A stretch of DNA of 64,000 nucleotides from Callorhinchus milii (lineage: Eukaryota): assembly GCF_018977255.1 (NCBI RefSeq), contig NW_024704743.1, forward strand, positions 60,328,001 through 60,392,000, written 5' to 3'. A program made the translations under genes and the position numbers. The notes under the pieces were generated by a model. It was not told the DNA's origin, searched no databases, and worked only from the letters and a program-made list of their open reading frames with translations. This document shows, piece by piece, positions 38,801 to 53,800 of this stretch (position 1 is its first letter; the number at the start of each line of letters is the position of its first letter).

Positions 38801-41800
38801 CCTATATTTGCTAAAGAAAAGGGATCCTTCACATTGAAACATAGAACTGGCGATTGAAAAAGTGGGCTAACTTTTGTTGCAGTGCATTCTTCTATAGCCA
38901 AGTTACCACAATGTTTTATATAAACAATACTCATGATGCATTCTTACTCCAACTTCCTTGGAAGCATTGCTTTCTCTTTTCGAACAGGGCCATGGTAGGA
39001 CCACCACCTCCGACAATGCAGTGCTCCTCCAGCACTGAATTAGTGTCAATCTAGATTGTGAGTTTAAAGTCCTGATGCAGGACTTGAACACATAACCTTC
39101 TGACTCAGAGGCAGTAACTGAGTCAGGTTGACAAGGTTATGGGGGAAGAATGCCTGGATTTGTACTTTTTGCTCCCATTTGCAAGCATTTGAGGAACTTT
39201 GGATGTATGTTTTAATATTATTAAAGAGAGAGTCATGCTGTCAGCTCTTTAATAACATTACAAATGGTCTGTTGAAAATGTACGATGTCCTAAGACGGCA
39301 CAAATGATTTCTCTGGCACACTGACATCAGCTTACTATCAAATGAATAACCATTTCTTCAAGGGTGAGTGACAGAAATCACCAACAAGTTGCTTGGCTAT
39401 CCAACCAAGCCTAATCCTATCCTCACCTGACAGCCACCTACATTCACTTCCTAGAAGAGTCACTGTAAGGTGCTGCCTACATTTTATATATCATATGAAT
39501 ATCAATGATACTTAATATAAAATCTAACAAAACAGATTTCCTCTGAAATTAATGGAAAGGTGGAAGAGCATTTACACTCAATCACTGCATACAATAAATG
39601 AGGTTTAGACTTATCAGGTATAGATTTATGACAAGCAAAATGTATTGGTACAATTGGTTTGTGTTTATAATTTGAGGCAAAACTTCAACTTACACTAGGT
39701 CCAAGGTTGCCAGGACGTCCACGGTGACCGGGAGGGCCAATAGGTCCTGTGTGTCCAGCTGACCCGTCTTTGCCATGTGCACCATGTGGACCAATGGGGC
39801 CCTGGAATCAAAACGTAGTCATTTATTTCATTGTTGGTTTATTGCCTACTGGTTGGCACAATTGTCAAAGCAATAATGCTCTTACTTACCCTCATGCCAT
39901 TAGGACCAGCAGGTCCAGCAGTACCTGGCTCACCAGATTGTCCCTATTAAAGTATGGAGCTCAATTAGTAACCCAGTCAATATGAACAAAACAACAGAAT
40001 GGAATAAAAATCAATAATCAGAAGAATTACTAACGGCAACACCGGGAAGACCCTGGAGACCACCGTTTCCTCTCAATCCCTTCATGCCTCTGACACCAGC
40101 TTCACCACCTTCACCTTTGTCTCCACGTGGACCTTGTGGGCCCTACAAAACAGAACCATCAAGAGGTTAGGTCAAGTCACAGGTATAGCAATTGGCTGCT
40201 GTGTTTCGCCCACAAAACATATAGTCAATCCCCTTTACAGTAAATTCTGTGAAGTGCTTTGAAACGTCTAGAAGATGCGAAAAGGCACTATATCAAATGC
40301 GAGGATTATTTTATTACAACAATGATTTAAGAAAACATTTCAATTTTTTGATCATTACCTTTAATACAAGGACAGACACTAAAAGCTACAACCTTGCATT
40401 TATATAGCGCCATTCACTCCGGACGGCGTCTCGGAGTGCTTTGTGAATCTGGATTATATGTCATTTGGTTTTCTATAAACAGGAATGTTATTGCTGCTTT
40501 GAAAGGTACTTACAGGAACACCTCGTGGACCCATTGGACCAACATTTCCCGTAGAGCCTCCGGGTCCCTGGTGTCAAACAGACAAGCAATTACTCTTCAT
40601 TAAAAATGCACATTAACACATTGAGACAAAAATAGAAATTGAAATTACTGGCATCTCTCTGTCCTCAAGAAAACAAACACTTACAGGTTCACCGCGATTG
40701 CCAGACTTGCCAACTGGACCCACTGTACCGTGGGAACCGGGCTGACCAGATGGACCAGGTGACCCATTGCTGCCAGGCTCACCACGATCGCCCTGAATAG
40801 GAAACAAAGACGAGCTTTATTAGCAAAGCAATGATATACTAGAACATCCCCCCACCCCATCCGCCCTCACAAAGTAACACTTTAAGACTGTAATACACAC
40901 CTTAGGACCTGCGAAGCCTCTACGACCAGGAGAACCATCGAGACCGTTGTTTCCCTTAAAAACAAAATAAATAAAATAAATTATATTCAAGGACTTTCTA
41001 AGTTATACTGCAACAATTTTTTCTCAATGTTTTCATAACTATGCAGTATGTATTATATACGTGGTAACAGTAGGGTCAATACTACTGTATAACTTACATC
41101 ACGGCCAGATTCACCATGGGCACCAGTCAAACCAACAGAGCCAACGGCCCCTGATGCACCACGTTCTCCAGGACGACCTGAAGGGCCCGTTGCACCAGTT
41201 GAACCCTAAATGGAATAACAAGTAAAATCATTATAAAGGCATTCGTTAAAAATCTTGAGGGGAGTCTCTCACAAATAATAAAAAAAAATGCCTCCCAAAG
41301 AAGACATTACTTTGCTCTAATTGCTTAGTGAATCAACTAGATATAATGACATTATACTTTTAATATAAACCACAGCAAAGAAATCACTGCATTTAATGAA
41401 TGAAGCAGAAAAAATCCCCTTGGTACTCCACCACTATTAGAGAAGTTTTGTTTTGCCTGAAAGACTTGGGATCTGACTGTGTTGGTACAGTTATATGATA
41501 TTTTCCCCATATTCTTTGCAAACAGCGTCAAACATTGTCAGCCATTGGAAACACTATGAAGATGGTCTATATTATAGGGCTAATATTATTCTAACATTAC
41601 AATTCATTTTAAAGTCACAGTGTGGGAACCAAAACTTTAAGAAATGGCTGATCAAGGCATTTTGAATTCTACAGAGCTCTCTGTTCAATCTGAGACTTCA
41701 TTTCTAAATTAATATAGTATAGTTAAGATTCATACTTTTTATTGGTTCTTCCACTTTCCTAGAACCAAGGCTTCAAGATGATAACTGCTTGAAGCATTCC

Positions 41801-44800
41801 AAGGAGATAGATGCTGAGCACAAAAATATCAGGTGCTACTTAATCTATGTGTAAAGTGTTTCATGAACTCCTTAAATGGGTAGATTGGCTAGGAAGGCTC
41901 TACTCACACTTTGGCCTGGACCACCTGGGAGACCACGTTCGCCTGATTGACCACGAAGACCAGTGGATCCACGCGAACCGATGTAACCTGAAGAACCATG
42001 AGAGCCAGGAGGACCCTGCACATAAATATCAATATGAGTACTTTGGTAATCATATATCTGTTGGTGAAATTAATATGAATTGATAAACAACTATGTCATT
42101 TCCCCCGTAACTTACAGAAGAACCTGCTTCACCGGCATTCCCCTTATCTCCATGAGCGCCAACAGCACCCATAGAGCCTGATGGACCTGAGTGACCTTGA
42201 GGTCCTACATCACCTCTTACACCTTGTGGGCCAGGATTACCAGGAGAGCCAACGGGACCAGTGAAACCTTGAGGACCCTATAAAACAAACACAAATATAC
42301 TTGTCACATGAATATGTAGTAACCACTTATTTTAATGCTCTGATATATCCTGCCTGCTGATATAATACATATTTTCATTAATTTTGACCCTTCACTAATT
42401 TAGATTCCAAGTGAAAATCCTCTACAACACATTTCTAAATGATTACTGAGCTCTGCTCTGATCCTCCAATGTCACATGAAACAGTTAACCAGCTATAGAA
42501 CAGCATAGCTTAGAGCTGCACTGGGAATACAATACAATCCAATTTCACATTAATATAGAGACTCTCACATCAGGAGGACATCCCAAAGATGATGCCAAAT
42601 ATGTGGTATTCATCATAGGAGCCCAGTCTAATAATGGTAAAGTTCATCTGGGGCAAGTGAATTTAAAGAAAGAGTTATACCCAAAACTGATCACAAACTG
42701 GTTACTGTCAATATCATACATCTATACTGTATACACTACATTAGAGTGAACATTAGGGTGATTCTCAGAAGGTAAGAATATTTACGGACTTAGTGGTAAA
42801 AGATCTTATTTTCCACCGGTTCATAAAGTTACAGATATTGACAGTGAGATAGCATATAATGATATGTAGAAAGTATTAACAATTGAGTTTAATAAGTTGC
42901 AAAAGGCAGCTAATGATTACAGGAGGATCATTAAACTAAATGATTTAAGGTTGAACAAGCATTGGCAGTATTACAATGGGGCTGAAAAAACAGTTGAGAG
43001 AAAAATGAAATAGCATCTTTCACTGAAACAGTATGTGAGCTGCTCTGTTCTGCCTCCAACAGAACATCATAGAGCCCAGATATTGCAGGTCAATGTTTCG
43101 TACATTGGAGGGAATGCAATTTATATCTTAAGGTGCTTTTCTGGTGCCATTTCAGCTGTTGTTTTACCAATGATCTCTTTTTCAAGCTTACCGAATATCA
43201 ATGGTTGGGAAGTCAAATAAAATGTCAGTGACTTACAAATGGACCTGGAAAATATCAACCCAACAATCCAAATCATATTATCTGTAGGAGTTCCAATTTG
43301 AGACTCTGAGTCATTATTTGCCAATCAACGTTGTGAATGGTGTATTTTCAACCCCTCCTTTAGATCTTGAACCGGGTCCTGTAACTACCTTGACTTACTA
43401 TGGAATCAAAATACACCAATAGCTTGGATATGAGCAGTCCCGTAAATTCTGAATTGTGGTGAATACCAGAAATAAATGGCGACACAGTCATCATGCTGAA
43501 TCCTCCCTGCAGCACTCTGAAGGTGCAACTATTGTAAAGCAGAAACATATGGTTCTGGATATCTGACAGCAACAATTATAAGTTGCATTTATACAGCACT
43601 CTTCAAGCAAGATAGCGTCTTGGAGTGCTTAACAATGGCGGAGAAAGGCAAGGTGACCTTAAACCCAATTGAAGAAGAAGCTCATCAGATGTGATCTGAA
43701 GATGGGAAAAGAGAGGACAAGATGGATGGATTGAGGGATGGATTTCCAGAGTTTGGGACATAGTGACTGAAAGCATCACCGCTGGTGGTTGAGTGAAGGG
43801 TGCGAGTGGTGTGCAGAAGGCTGAAGCTGGCTGAATGAAGGGGACGGTTAGTGGAGAGGAGTGTGAGCAGATTGGAGAGATATGGAGGTGCTGGAGCATG
43901 AAGTGATTCGTAAATGTGAATTATATCTGTTCTGCAATAGAGAGTTAGTGAAGCCTGACAGGGACTTGGGTGATGGAGGTACAGAATTTGAGTGAGGATA
44001 TGGATGGTGGAATTTTGAATCAGCTGGATTTTATAAATGGTGGAGCTGGGGAAATGAGTGAGGTGGGTATTGGAGAAATCAAAGCGGAGATGACGAAAGT
44101 GTGGAAAGCATATTTAATCCAGTTTCCTAAAAGTAATCCAAATAGTTTAGTGTCTTTTACTCTTGCTACAGTATCGCTGATCTGTCAAAATTAGTTCAGA
44201 AAGAAGAACAATTACTTACAGCTGGGCCAACGGTACCCATTAGACCAATAGGACCAGGGGAACCAGTGCGACCCTATAAAAAGAGTGAGAAAATGAGCTT
44301 TAATAATTATTTATTTGAAATCATCCGTTTGAAAAAATGACAAAACAATAATTATTTAACTTACTGATGGACCTGAAGCACCAACAACACCTCTGGGACC
44401 ACTGGGACCGACGGCACCCTGAGAAATAAAAGATTAATTATAAGTTGAACAGGAATCCGTTCTTTAAGGCTTATGCTAAAGACTGCTATATTAGGAGCCG
44501 TTAAATATTTGGGGATCAGGAAGAATGAAAACATTTATTGCCTAAGCTTTCTGTTAATAACATGATCTTTGCTCTTCAATATGCTGCCAATACATCTAAA
44601 CTTCAACTAACATCCAGAACCACAATGCCTGATGAGCATCTCAGATATGAAGCTATCTCCAAACTTCACTATACCCGAGCAAACGTGTCCGAGTGAAATG
44701 AAGCTAATTGTATGGATGACCTTCAGGAGATGTGAGTGAATGCTGACACTTTCTTCTTGGCTCAAAACTGTACAACCAAGAGTTTTAGACTGGAAGGACA

Positions 44801-47800
44801 GAGGTTGATGCTATAGTCTAAGTAGCGAAGTCCAACTCCAAAATTACTTGAGGTTTAAGTGCATTCTGTAGATCGTTGTATTCTGTAGAATACATTTGTG
44901 TAGCACCTTTCATGTTGGGAGGATGTCCCTAGGTGCTGGGGGTCAGGATTGCGGAGGGGGGGTGGGGGGAAGCAGGGTGATCGAAAGCACGGTCGAACAG
45001 GAAGGTCTTGAAGGAGGCAACGGAGTGGGGGGTGAGGCAGAGCAACTGCGCGATTGAGTTCCAGAGGATGAGTGTCAGAAGGCCCGCCTGCCAATGGTGG
45101 GGTGGGCAAGGTGGGGGACGTGAAGTAGGCCGGAGCCCGGTGAGCAGAGGGAGCGAACAGATCGGTGGGGGCTTAGGAAGTCACAAAGTTAGGGGAGAGC
45201 AAGGCTATGGAGGGCTTTGAAGGTGAAGACCAGGATCTTGAACTGTATCCTCTGTGTGATGGGAAGCCAGTGGAGTTGGGCAAGGATGGGTGTGATAAGG
45301 TCACGGAGCCTGGTGTGGGAGAGGACACGGGCTGCAGAGTTCTGGATGATCTATGGAAGGAGGATTTGGAGAGGCCGACAAGCAGGGAATTTGCATAGTC
45401 AAGCCTCGATGTTATGAATGCATGTATGAGGGTTTCGGCAGTCTGCAATGTGAGACTGTGGCGGAGCTAGGCGATGTTGCGGAGGTGGGGGAAGGCAGAG
45501 TGGGTCATGGCATGGATGTGGCATTGAACAATAATAATCCTTGCATATGGTACAGTGCCTAATTATGACAAAATGTCTCAAAGAGTTTCAAAGAGTTGTC
45601 TGTAATGTGTAGTGACTGTCAAAGGTGATCATAGCAGCAAATTTGTGCACACCAATGCACAGGCATGAAGTGAAGGACCATTGCATATCTAAACTTCCCA
45701 ATAGATACTACTATTCAGTGAAAAAAAATTGTTGTAATTTTTCTAAAGGCATATTTTATTAACTGTAGACTTATTAGTACGATTTCTTTACAAAAAAATA
45801 TTTTTTGATTAACTGCAAATGAAGAACAATATATTACGCATAGTGTGATACAAGGCTGATGAAGTTACTTAGATGGGCTCTGAAGCTCTGTACTTACTTG
45901 AGGACCAGAAGAACCAAGAGGACCTGAAGGACCAGAAGGACCAACTTCTCCCTTAACACCACCAACACCCCGTTCACCCTTCGCTCCAGCCTGACCGTCT
46001 GCACCCTACGTAATAGAAACAGAACACGAAAAATGAAACTAAAATTGTTTTCCACGTATTCTCAGGTTTCTAAAAATTGAGCAAAATAAAGTAAACGTTT
46101 GTTGGGAAATATAATGTTTTGAAACGTACGGGTGGACCAGCGAAGCCAGAAGGACCATTGGGACCCCTCTCACCATGTTCGCCCTAGTAGAGAAAAATCA
46201 AACCAATAATAACATTAGTGCTTATAATCTTTCTCCCAGTGGAGCTAATATCATTGCTAATTGTTGATTAAAAAAAAATCGAGGAATACTGCTATCAATA
46301 AGTGAGATATTTAGAAAAGAATAGTAGAGGTTAATATTAATATCTATTATTTTACTGTGCATTTTTTAATAATCCTTGCATTTGATATAGTGCTTTTCGT
46401 GTCTTCTAAACGTCTTAAAGAGCTTCACAGAATATACTGTTAAGTTAATTGACTGTGTATTTATGGGCGATTCTTGTACTTACTGGAACACCACGAGCAC
46501 CAGATAAGCCAGCAGGACCACGAGATCCAGCTTCACCCTGAAGAAGAGAAAGGCAAGTTTAGTTATTGTATCATCACTCATCAGAGACGGTAGCAATCTG
46601 AAGTTACAGTAGAGAAGCCAAGTATGAGAGGGATATCATAACTGTACCATAATCATGTTTATAAGGGCAATCAGGCTATTTGCGCTGGTAGGCAACATTT
46701 TATAATGATTCTTATGATGATGGAAGTAGCAACGGCATAGATTTTTAAAATTTTTTTATAAATTGCGCTTGATTTTGCACCTTATCATGTGGGCAAAGCT
46801 CAACGTATTTCACAGGATTCGTTGTGAAGTGCAGTGACTATTTTATAGGAGAACAGCAGCAAAACACCAATAATGGTGGTTGTAATAACAATTAGATTAT
46901 CACTAGATGTTGGGCAAACATAAAATATTTAGAATTAGAGCAACCCTATCATTAAGTACAGTGATGGGTCCATTTAACATTATTATGAGGAAAACAATTA
47001 CTGAAGCTCGGTACCATTAGCAAGTTTCAAAGGTGACAGTTATTTGATTAAAATCTCATCATAGGAATATATCTTGTTTGTTTGGAATTGTTTAGGTGCT
47101 GCTGTGCAACAACAAAACTGAGTTTGAGGATCAAATCTTTTATAGAGTAAACGTTAACAGATCATATTAGAAAAGGCTAAATTAAATATCATATGACAAT
47201 GGCATTTCACTGAGCAGAAAGCGGGTGAGAGGAAGAACTCCTTGACTTGTGACAGTTAAAAGTTTTAGTCCAACCTCACCATTCCTGTAAATTCAAAGCT
47301 TTTTCATTGCATTAATAATTCTATCAGTGAAAAAAGAACGTAGATGGCATTGTTGTAATAATTAGCACAAGGATAAAGAGTTTTGAAAGTTGCAAAGTAG
47401 TTGGTGACACAACTAAATTCTTTACACTGGTAAAAAGCAGACTTCCAGACTGTATGGATTTCTTTCAATTATTTAAATGGAAAACGCAACACAACCTGAT
47501 GAGTGGCTGACATATTCTAGTGAATTAGAAGCACAGAAAAGTTAGCTGTGATGAGAGGTTTGCATTACTAGTTTGTAGTAGGAAGCTTTCACAATTTCAT
47601 TTTCAAAACCAATTTACCCTTTCACCACCAGGACCACTTGGACCAGGAGCACCAGTAGGACCATGAGCACCCTATAAAAGAAAAGTTTGCAGATATTAAG
47701 ATGAAGATTGCACATAACTCTACACTCGCAATCAGTATAAAATGATGAGTGTAAATATAACAGACAATGAGGGACTACTTACACGCTGACCATCAAACCC

Positions 47801-50800
47801 TGTGTTGCCAACGGGACCTGCAACCCCAAATTCACCCTGTTATCAAAACAAAACAGCATGAGTAGTAGTAAAGGCATACAGTTGCTTCTTAGTATCTTCA
47901 TACACTTTTCAAGCCATTAATTTTAAAACTTCCAACTAGTTTTATACCAGTGTTTCAACAACAACAACAAGGGTTTCATTTTCAAAGACCTATCTCTTTG
48001 ACCGCGCTTTCTGTCATCTTTCCATTTCACACACCCCATGGCCTCCACCCTCTTAATTCCTAGCCAGGATTATTAAGCGCATTAGATGTCCACCTGACGT
48101 GAAAATATAAATGTAAATTTGTATTATATTGTAATTTTTTTAAATGCCAGTGATCTGCAGGTTGCTCTGGTCACAATCATGAATTTAACCTATTCTAAAC
48201 ATCCCTCTTCCCCTTTACTCCAGTCCCTCCCAACTCATCCCTCCAATAATCAATAAAATGAACATAAAATCAAACTTATATTGAAAACATTTCTAGTTAC
48301 CATGTAGAACATACTATGTGGAGTTCAAATGATTCCAGTGGTAGAGCACTATATTGTAAATCAGAGGGTAAGGTTTTACATCTCAGTTTTACCTGACACT
48401 TAACCCCATCCTTCCTTATTTTGACTGTTAGTTGGTGCATCCAAGTAATGCAATAATAATAAATAATAATAATGCAAAGATTATTATTATTCTCCTGGAA
48501 ATGTGGAGCACTCTGCATGTGATAGCGCAAAACCTTACTCAAATGGGCTTCCTATTAACTGGTTATCCAGCAGAATTATTGGTGGGGCTGAGCCTTACAA
48601 GGGTAAATAGTGAGGCAATTGATAATTGGAAAACGATTATAATGTAAGGCAATATAACTTACCTTTTCACCTTTAGGTCCAGGGCCACCTGCAGCACCTC
48701 TCTCTCCTGGTATACCCTGAGCTCCCTGATGACCTCGTTGACCATGAAGACCAACAGAGCCAATTTCTCCCTAATAACAAACAACAACTGGTTACAAAAA
48801 CTTAGAATTAGTTAATATGAGAACATATTTCTGATTCCTTTGCTGCCATTATTTCAGCGTTAATATAAAATCGTTATATCAACACATAGGGTGATTCTCC
48901 ATTCGGTATATATATTAACCAAAAAGACCTTGCCTGCCAAGGTGAGTAAATTGATCATTGATAGAAGAAATCATACTCAAAATTATGACTGATTCATAAA
49001 GAGATAAGGTCATTTAACACATTCTGTTGATTTGTGTCCTGCTACAATTTAAACACAAGTCCAGAAGGAATTCCTTATTTAGCTTATTTATCCAAATACA
49101 ATGAACCTCGCTTGTTTTAGTTTATGCTTAGGATACCATAATCAGTATTTCAACTGAGTTATTCTTTGTTACTCTTAAAGCTTGTTGGTAACATACCTTT
49201 CCACCTTCAGAACCAGTAGAACCAGAAGGACCACGAGACCCAGACATACCGTGGGGACCAGTAGCACCAAGTTCACCTGGAACACCACGCTCACCCTTAA
49301 CAGAAACAAATGAAACACATCACTTTATATCATGAACCTTACCTCTAAACAAAGTGAATGTGCAAAACTATAAGAGAAGCTTAACTTACTCTTATACCAG
49401 GAGAACCGGTCATACCAGAGTCACCTCGGATACCCTAAAGCAAGTAAGAAAGTTTGTTAAGAATGTAAAACATATAGTTTAAATATATTTACTGTGTAAC
49501 ATTATCCACTTGTTTTACTTCACATTGTTTTCAAGACTCAGTATCTTACCCATTGACATACTATCGAAAGTAAAAAAAACAACTGTTGATGTTACAGTGT
49601 GCCAAAAGGTATAAATTTGCTTATAATTTAGTGCTTAAATAATATCACTACATGTCTACAATGAAGAGGCTATCTCCAGTTAGAGGATATGAATATGCTG
49701 AATATACAACAAAATTACATTTATAGAGCGCCTTTCACGTCGGGAGGACATCCCAAAGCGCTGAACAGTCAGGTGTCGGGGCCTGAGCATGGGGGAGGGG
49801 TGGTGTAGGGGTGAGGGAAGGCAGAGAGGTGGGAGGGAGACCAAAGGCACGGTCGAAGAGAAGGGTCTTGAGATCGGCCTTGAAGGATGCAAGGGAGGAA
49901 ACGAGGTGAAGGGACCGTGGGATGGAGTTCCAGAGTGTGAGAGCAGAGAGGCTGAAAGCCCGGCCACCGATGGGAGACATGGAGCAGGCCTGAAGAATGA
50001 AGGGAGCGGGCAGAATATAGTATAGAATGTAGTAATGCTGAATACAGTAGGACCTTTAGGAAAGGTTAATATGTGCGAATGTATTTACATTTGTCATGAG
50101 TGCAGTTTTTCTGGTTTAGAATAAAATGTAATTGGAAGCAAGCATAATCATTTTTGGAAAGAATGCAAACTAAATGTTTGCGAGGTGAGCAAAATAAGCA
50201 GTGTAAAAGATTGATCGCTTATTTTTGCATCACTTGTTAACTTAGTAAAAACTGAAAATAATGACAAGTTGGATGACATAGGTTTGAAGTTTGTGAATTT
50301 ATTCATTCTTATATATTAACATAATTTTATTAATAATTTTCAGATCATTGTGGGCCTCTAATGACTATTCTGCATGTATTCATACATATATGATACAGGC
50401 TATTTCGGTTACCTTGCCCTTTTTATATCAGACAGACAGTTTTGTTTATCTTACCTGATCACCTGGTTTTCCAGTCTCACCACCCATACCAGGAGGACCA
50501 GGGAGACCCTGAAGCAACATAAATAAACATATTTGATTTAGACACAATTACACTGTCCTTTGATTTTATTTAGCAAAACAAGATTTTTGGTAAACTACCA
50601 AAATGAAGGCACTTCTCAGCAGCAATTTCCAAAATATTTATCACCTCGCACTGCTTCAACAACAACAACTTGCATTTATATAGCACACCTCATGCAAGGT
50701 AACGTCCCAGAGCTCTTGACAGTGGCGGAGCACAATGCCGAGCTGGGGGGAGAGGGAAGATGACTGTAGGCAAGATGGAAGAGTAAGGTCTTCAGGGCTA

Positions 50801-53800
50801 TGAGTTGAACATGTTGACTGCCTGAGGCAGGTCTGGATCCTATCTCCAGAGGAAACATCACCCAATAAAACAAGCCAAAATCTTTGATGTACTGGTCACC
50901 ACATATGGGTGGGAAGGACATACTGAGCTATCAGGCCACCTTAATATGATTTCGGAATTGCTGGTGGGTCTGTCTGAACCACCTGCAGAGATCCACAGAA
51001 AACAAATTGTAAATCCCAAATTAGGAACAACAGTACAGTATGATAGTTGTTCCCATGTTGCTGTTAAAGTTGTCTGGACTTCCTCACAGAATAGTAAACT
51101 GGGGGAGAGGTCGGGGTTAAAGGATTATTAGCAACAATACCTGTAGGCTACTTGAAAACTGCTTCTCAAGAATTCCATAAACAAAATGCAACACTCAGTG
51201 TAAAATCAACATACATTCATTCTAAGCGGAGCTGATGCACTTAGATATTAAAATATGATTCCCATAAAGATTTTGCAAGGAATTATTGTCTATGATTGTA
51301 AAGTTTACATGATGGAATTCCTTTCCGACAATGACACATCCCCAATTTACTTCAATGCATCATATTTCACCAAGCTTATGATTCAATGTAAGAGACTCAT
51401 ACCTGGAAACCAATGGCACCAGATGGACCATGTTCACCTTTCTCACCAGCTGGACCCTGAAAAGAAACATTACAAATATACATATAATGAAGCTGCCACA
51501 GTGATAGCTCCAGCTGATTTCAATCTCATGCATCAGATTTACACAAACCAGTGGTGGCAACCTGTGGCCCGCGGGCCAGAAGTGGATCTCAGAGCCGTCA
51601 AAATGCATCTCCCCCCGTCCCCCAACCCAAGAATCTGGGTAAGTCCGTGTTCAATCGGTATAAATCAAGAAATATTCTATCAAGGAAATTTATTTTGTCG
51701 GCCGACCATCAAGGTTGGTCACCATTGATCTACACAATATTGCGTAATAGAAAAAATAAATGATTTCACTTTGTAATAATAGTGTTGTGTATTACTTTAA
51801 AGTGTTCACGGTTTAAAACACTGAGAAGTTCAGTATATATATGTGTATGTGTTATTAGTTCAGCTGATTCAGTGTTACTGAAAAAGGCCGTAAAAAGAAA
51901 ATGGGTGCTCACTCTTTCAAAATATGTATAAAAATAAAGAGGATGGGAAAAATCACAAATGAGGAAGCACCTTTCATACATCTTGAATTGTACATTTCGT
52001 TGTAGTTTGAATAGTACCAAATGTTATGACCTTTTTCTGGCAGATTAATGTAAATATTTATCACTTTTTCAGTATACAAGTTTTTCCTTGCTGATATCTG
52101 CTCGAAACATCTTTTACGCAAATTTCCTTTAATGTTTTACTACTTTCTTAGCTTACTGGACATAATAATTTACCTCATCTACACCCTTTATTATTTAATG
52201 TATATTAATGAGGCTCTATGCATCACTTTCTTCACAAACTGTAAATAGCCAATGGAAAGTATATGTGGTTTACAACCATCAATTCAGTTTAACTTTTGAA
52301 ATACTCTTACTTACAACAACTCCACCGGGACCTTGAGCACCGACTTCACCATCTTTGCCGGGTGAACCCTGAAGGACAACAGGATCAAAAAAACGTCCAG
52401 CTTATTACTACAAATGTTCATTTTATTGCCAACATTCATTGCTTCTATTTTTAAAAAATAATTTATATTTGTTAGTTTTTTTAAAATTATTTTTGCACCA
52501 CATTTGCCATTCACTGCAAATTGGTTTTGTGCTAGTTTTAGACTTTCAGTTCACATGATAATTTATTATCCATCAATGCAATAATTTTCATTTGATCCAT
52601 GATTTTTTTNGCTCGCCAGCAACATTCGACCTTTAAGTACACTATATGGGCCCTGGTTCTCCACCAATTAATCGGGTAACCGTTCGCTGGGAGTACTGGA
52701 GCAGTTACCACCAGTCTCATCAAAACATTAATGTGCGCAGAATTTAACGAGAGAATAGACTTCTATATTATGGTTTCTTGTATATCAAGAAAATTCCTCT
52801 TGTTGGATTACTTCACAGAGAGGTCAGTGTATGGATTGGAGTATGGACTACATTGATAAATGGAGTATAACCCTGCTGAGGTTTAAAATGAATGTAAATT
52901 CTCAGGATGCAATGTGACGTTAATCTATTTTCTACTTTTTTAGGTATGTTATATTCTGATTTTCTGAGCAACCTGTTATAGTTTCCCTTTTACAAAAATA
53001 GGAGTCCACCAAGTAAAAGCTAACACTGTGTGCTTGCATCTTTTCATTATGAAGTACAATTGTTATATACACCCATGAACTGGAATTTGACCTTCTCGGG
53101 GAAATATAAAATGCATCAGTCACCTGCTATATAATTTCTTATGCATCAATACAATGATTTCCATTTCAAGCAAATCTTTGCATGACAATTTTAATAATAT
53201 GAGAATTCTAATAATATTATATTTGATGTAGCACCTTAACATGTTGTCTCGATATCTCAAAGCGCTTCACAGGATTTATTGCAGTGATTGTGTATTTTGT
53301 AGGCACACATGCAAAGTCCCACACACAACTGTGAAGTGAATGACTGATTTTATTCTGGATTAGATTGCATCAATTGTTGACAGGAATTAGTGTATTAAAT
53401 ATTTTGTAAATATTAATGTGCATGCTCAAATAGATGGCCGATGTCTGAATTTATTGAATTTGCATCCAAATGTGTAATGTAATTACCCTCCAATATTATA
53501 TAACATTGGATGGACGGTAGCTGGCTTTGTTAAGTACTACTGATGGTAAACATACCCTATCACCAGTAGGACCAACATTTCCTCTCTCACCAGGTGGACC
53601 TGGTACACCCTGAAAAATAAAACAGATACAGGGTTATTTATGATTGAAGCATACCTTCTTTTTTCCTTTTGTATTTATGAAAAGCCGACTTTTAAATTTA
53701 TTTAAATTAGACGATGTTATGTGCTACTCAAAGTGGTTTCTTTTATTTTATGACTCTAAGATGGTTTGTTTCTGAATTGAATATTTGGGTTGAATGCTAC

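Noticed and set aside
40060..40090. KGLR instead of KGHR/KGHN at the C-terminal cross-link site
   Set aside because: To my recollection GMKGLRG is usual in fish alpha2(I) chains, so it is not unusual.
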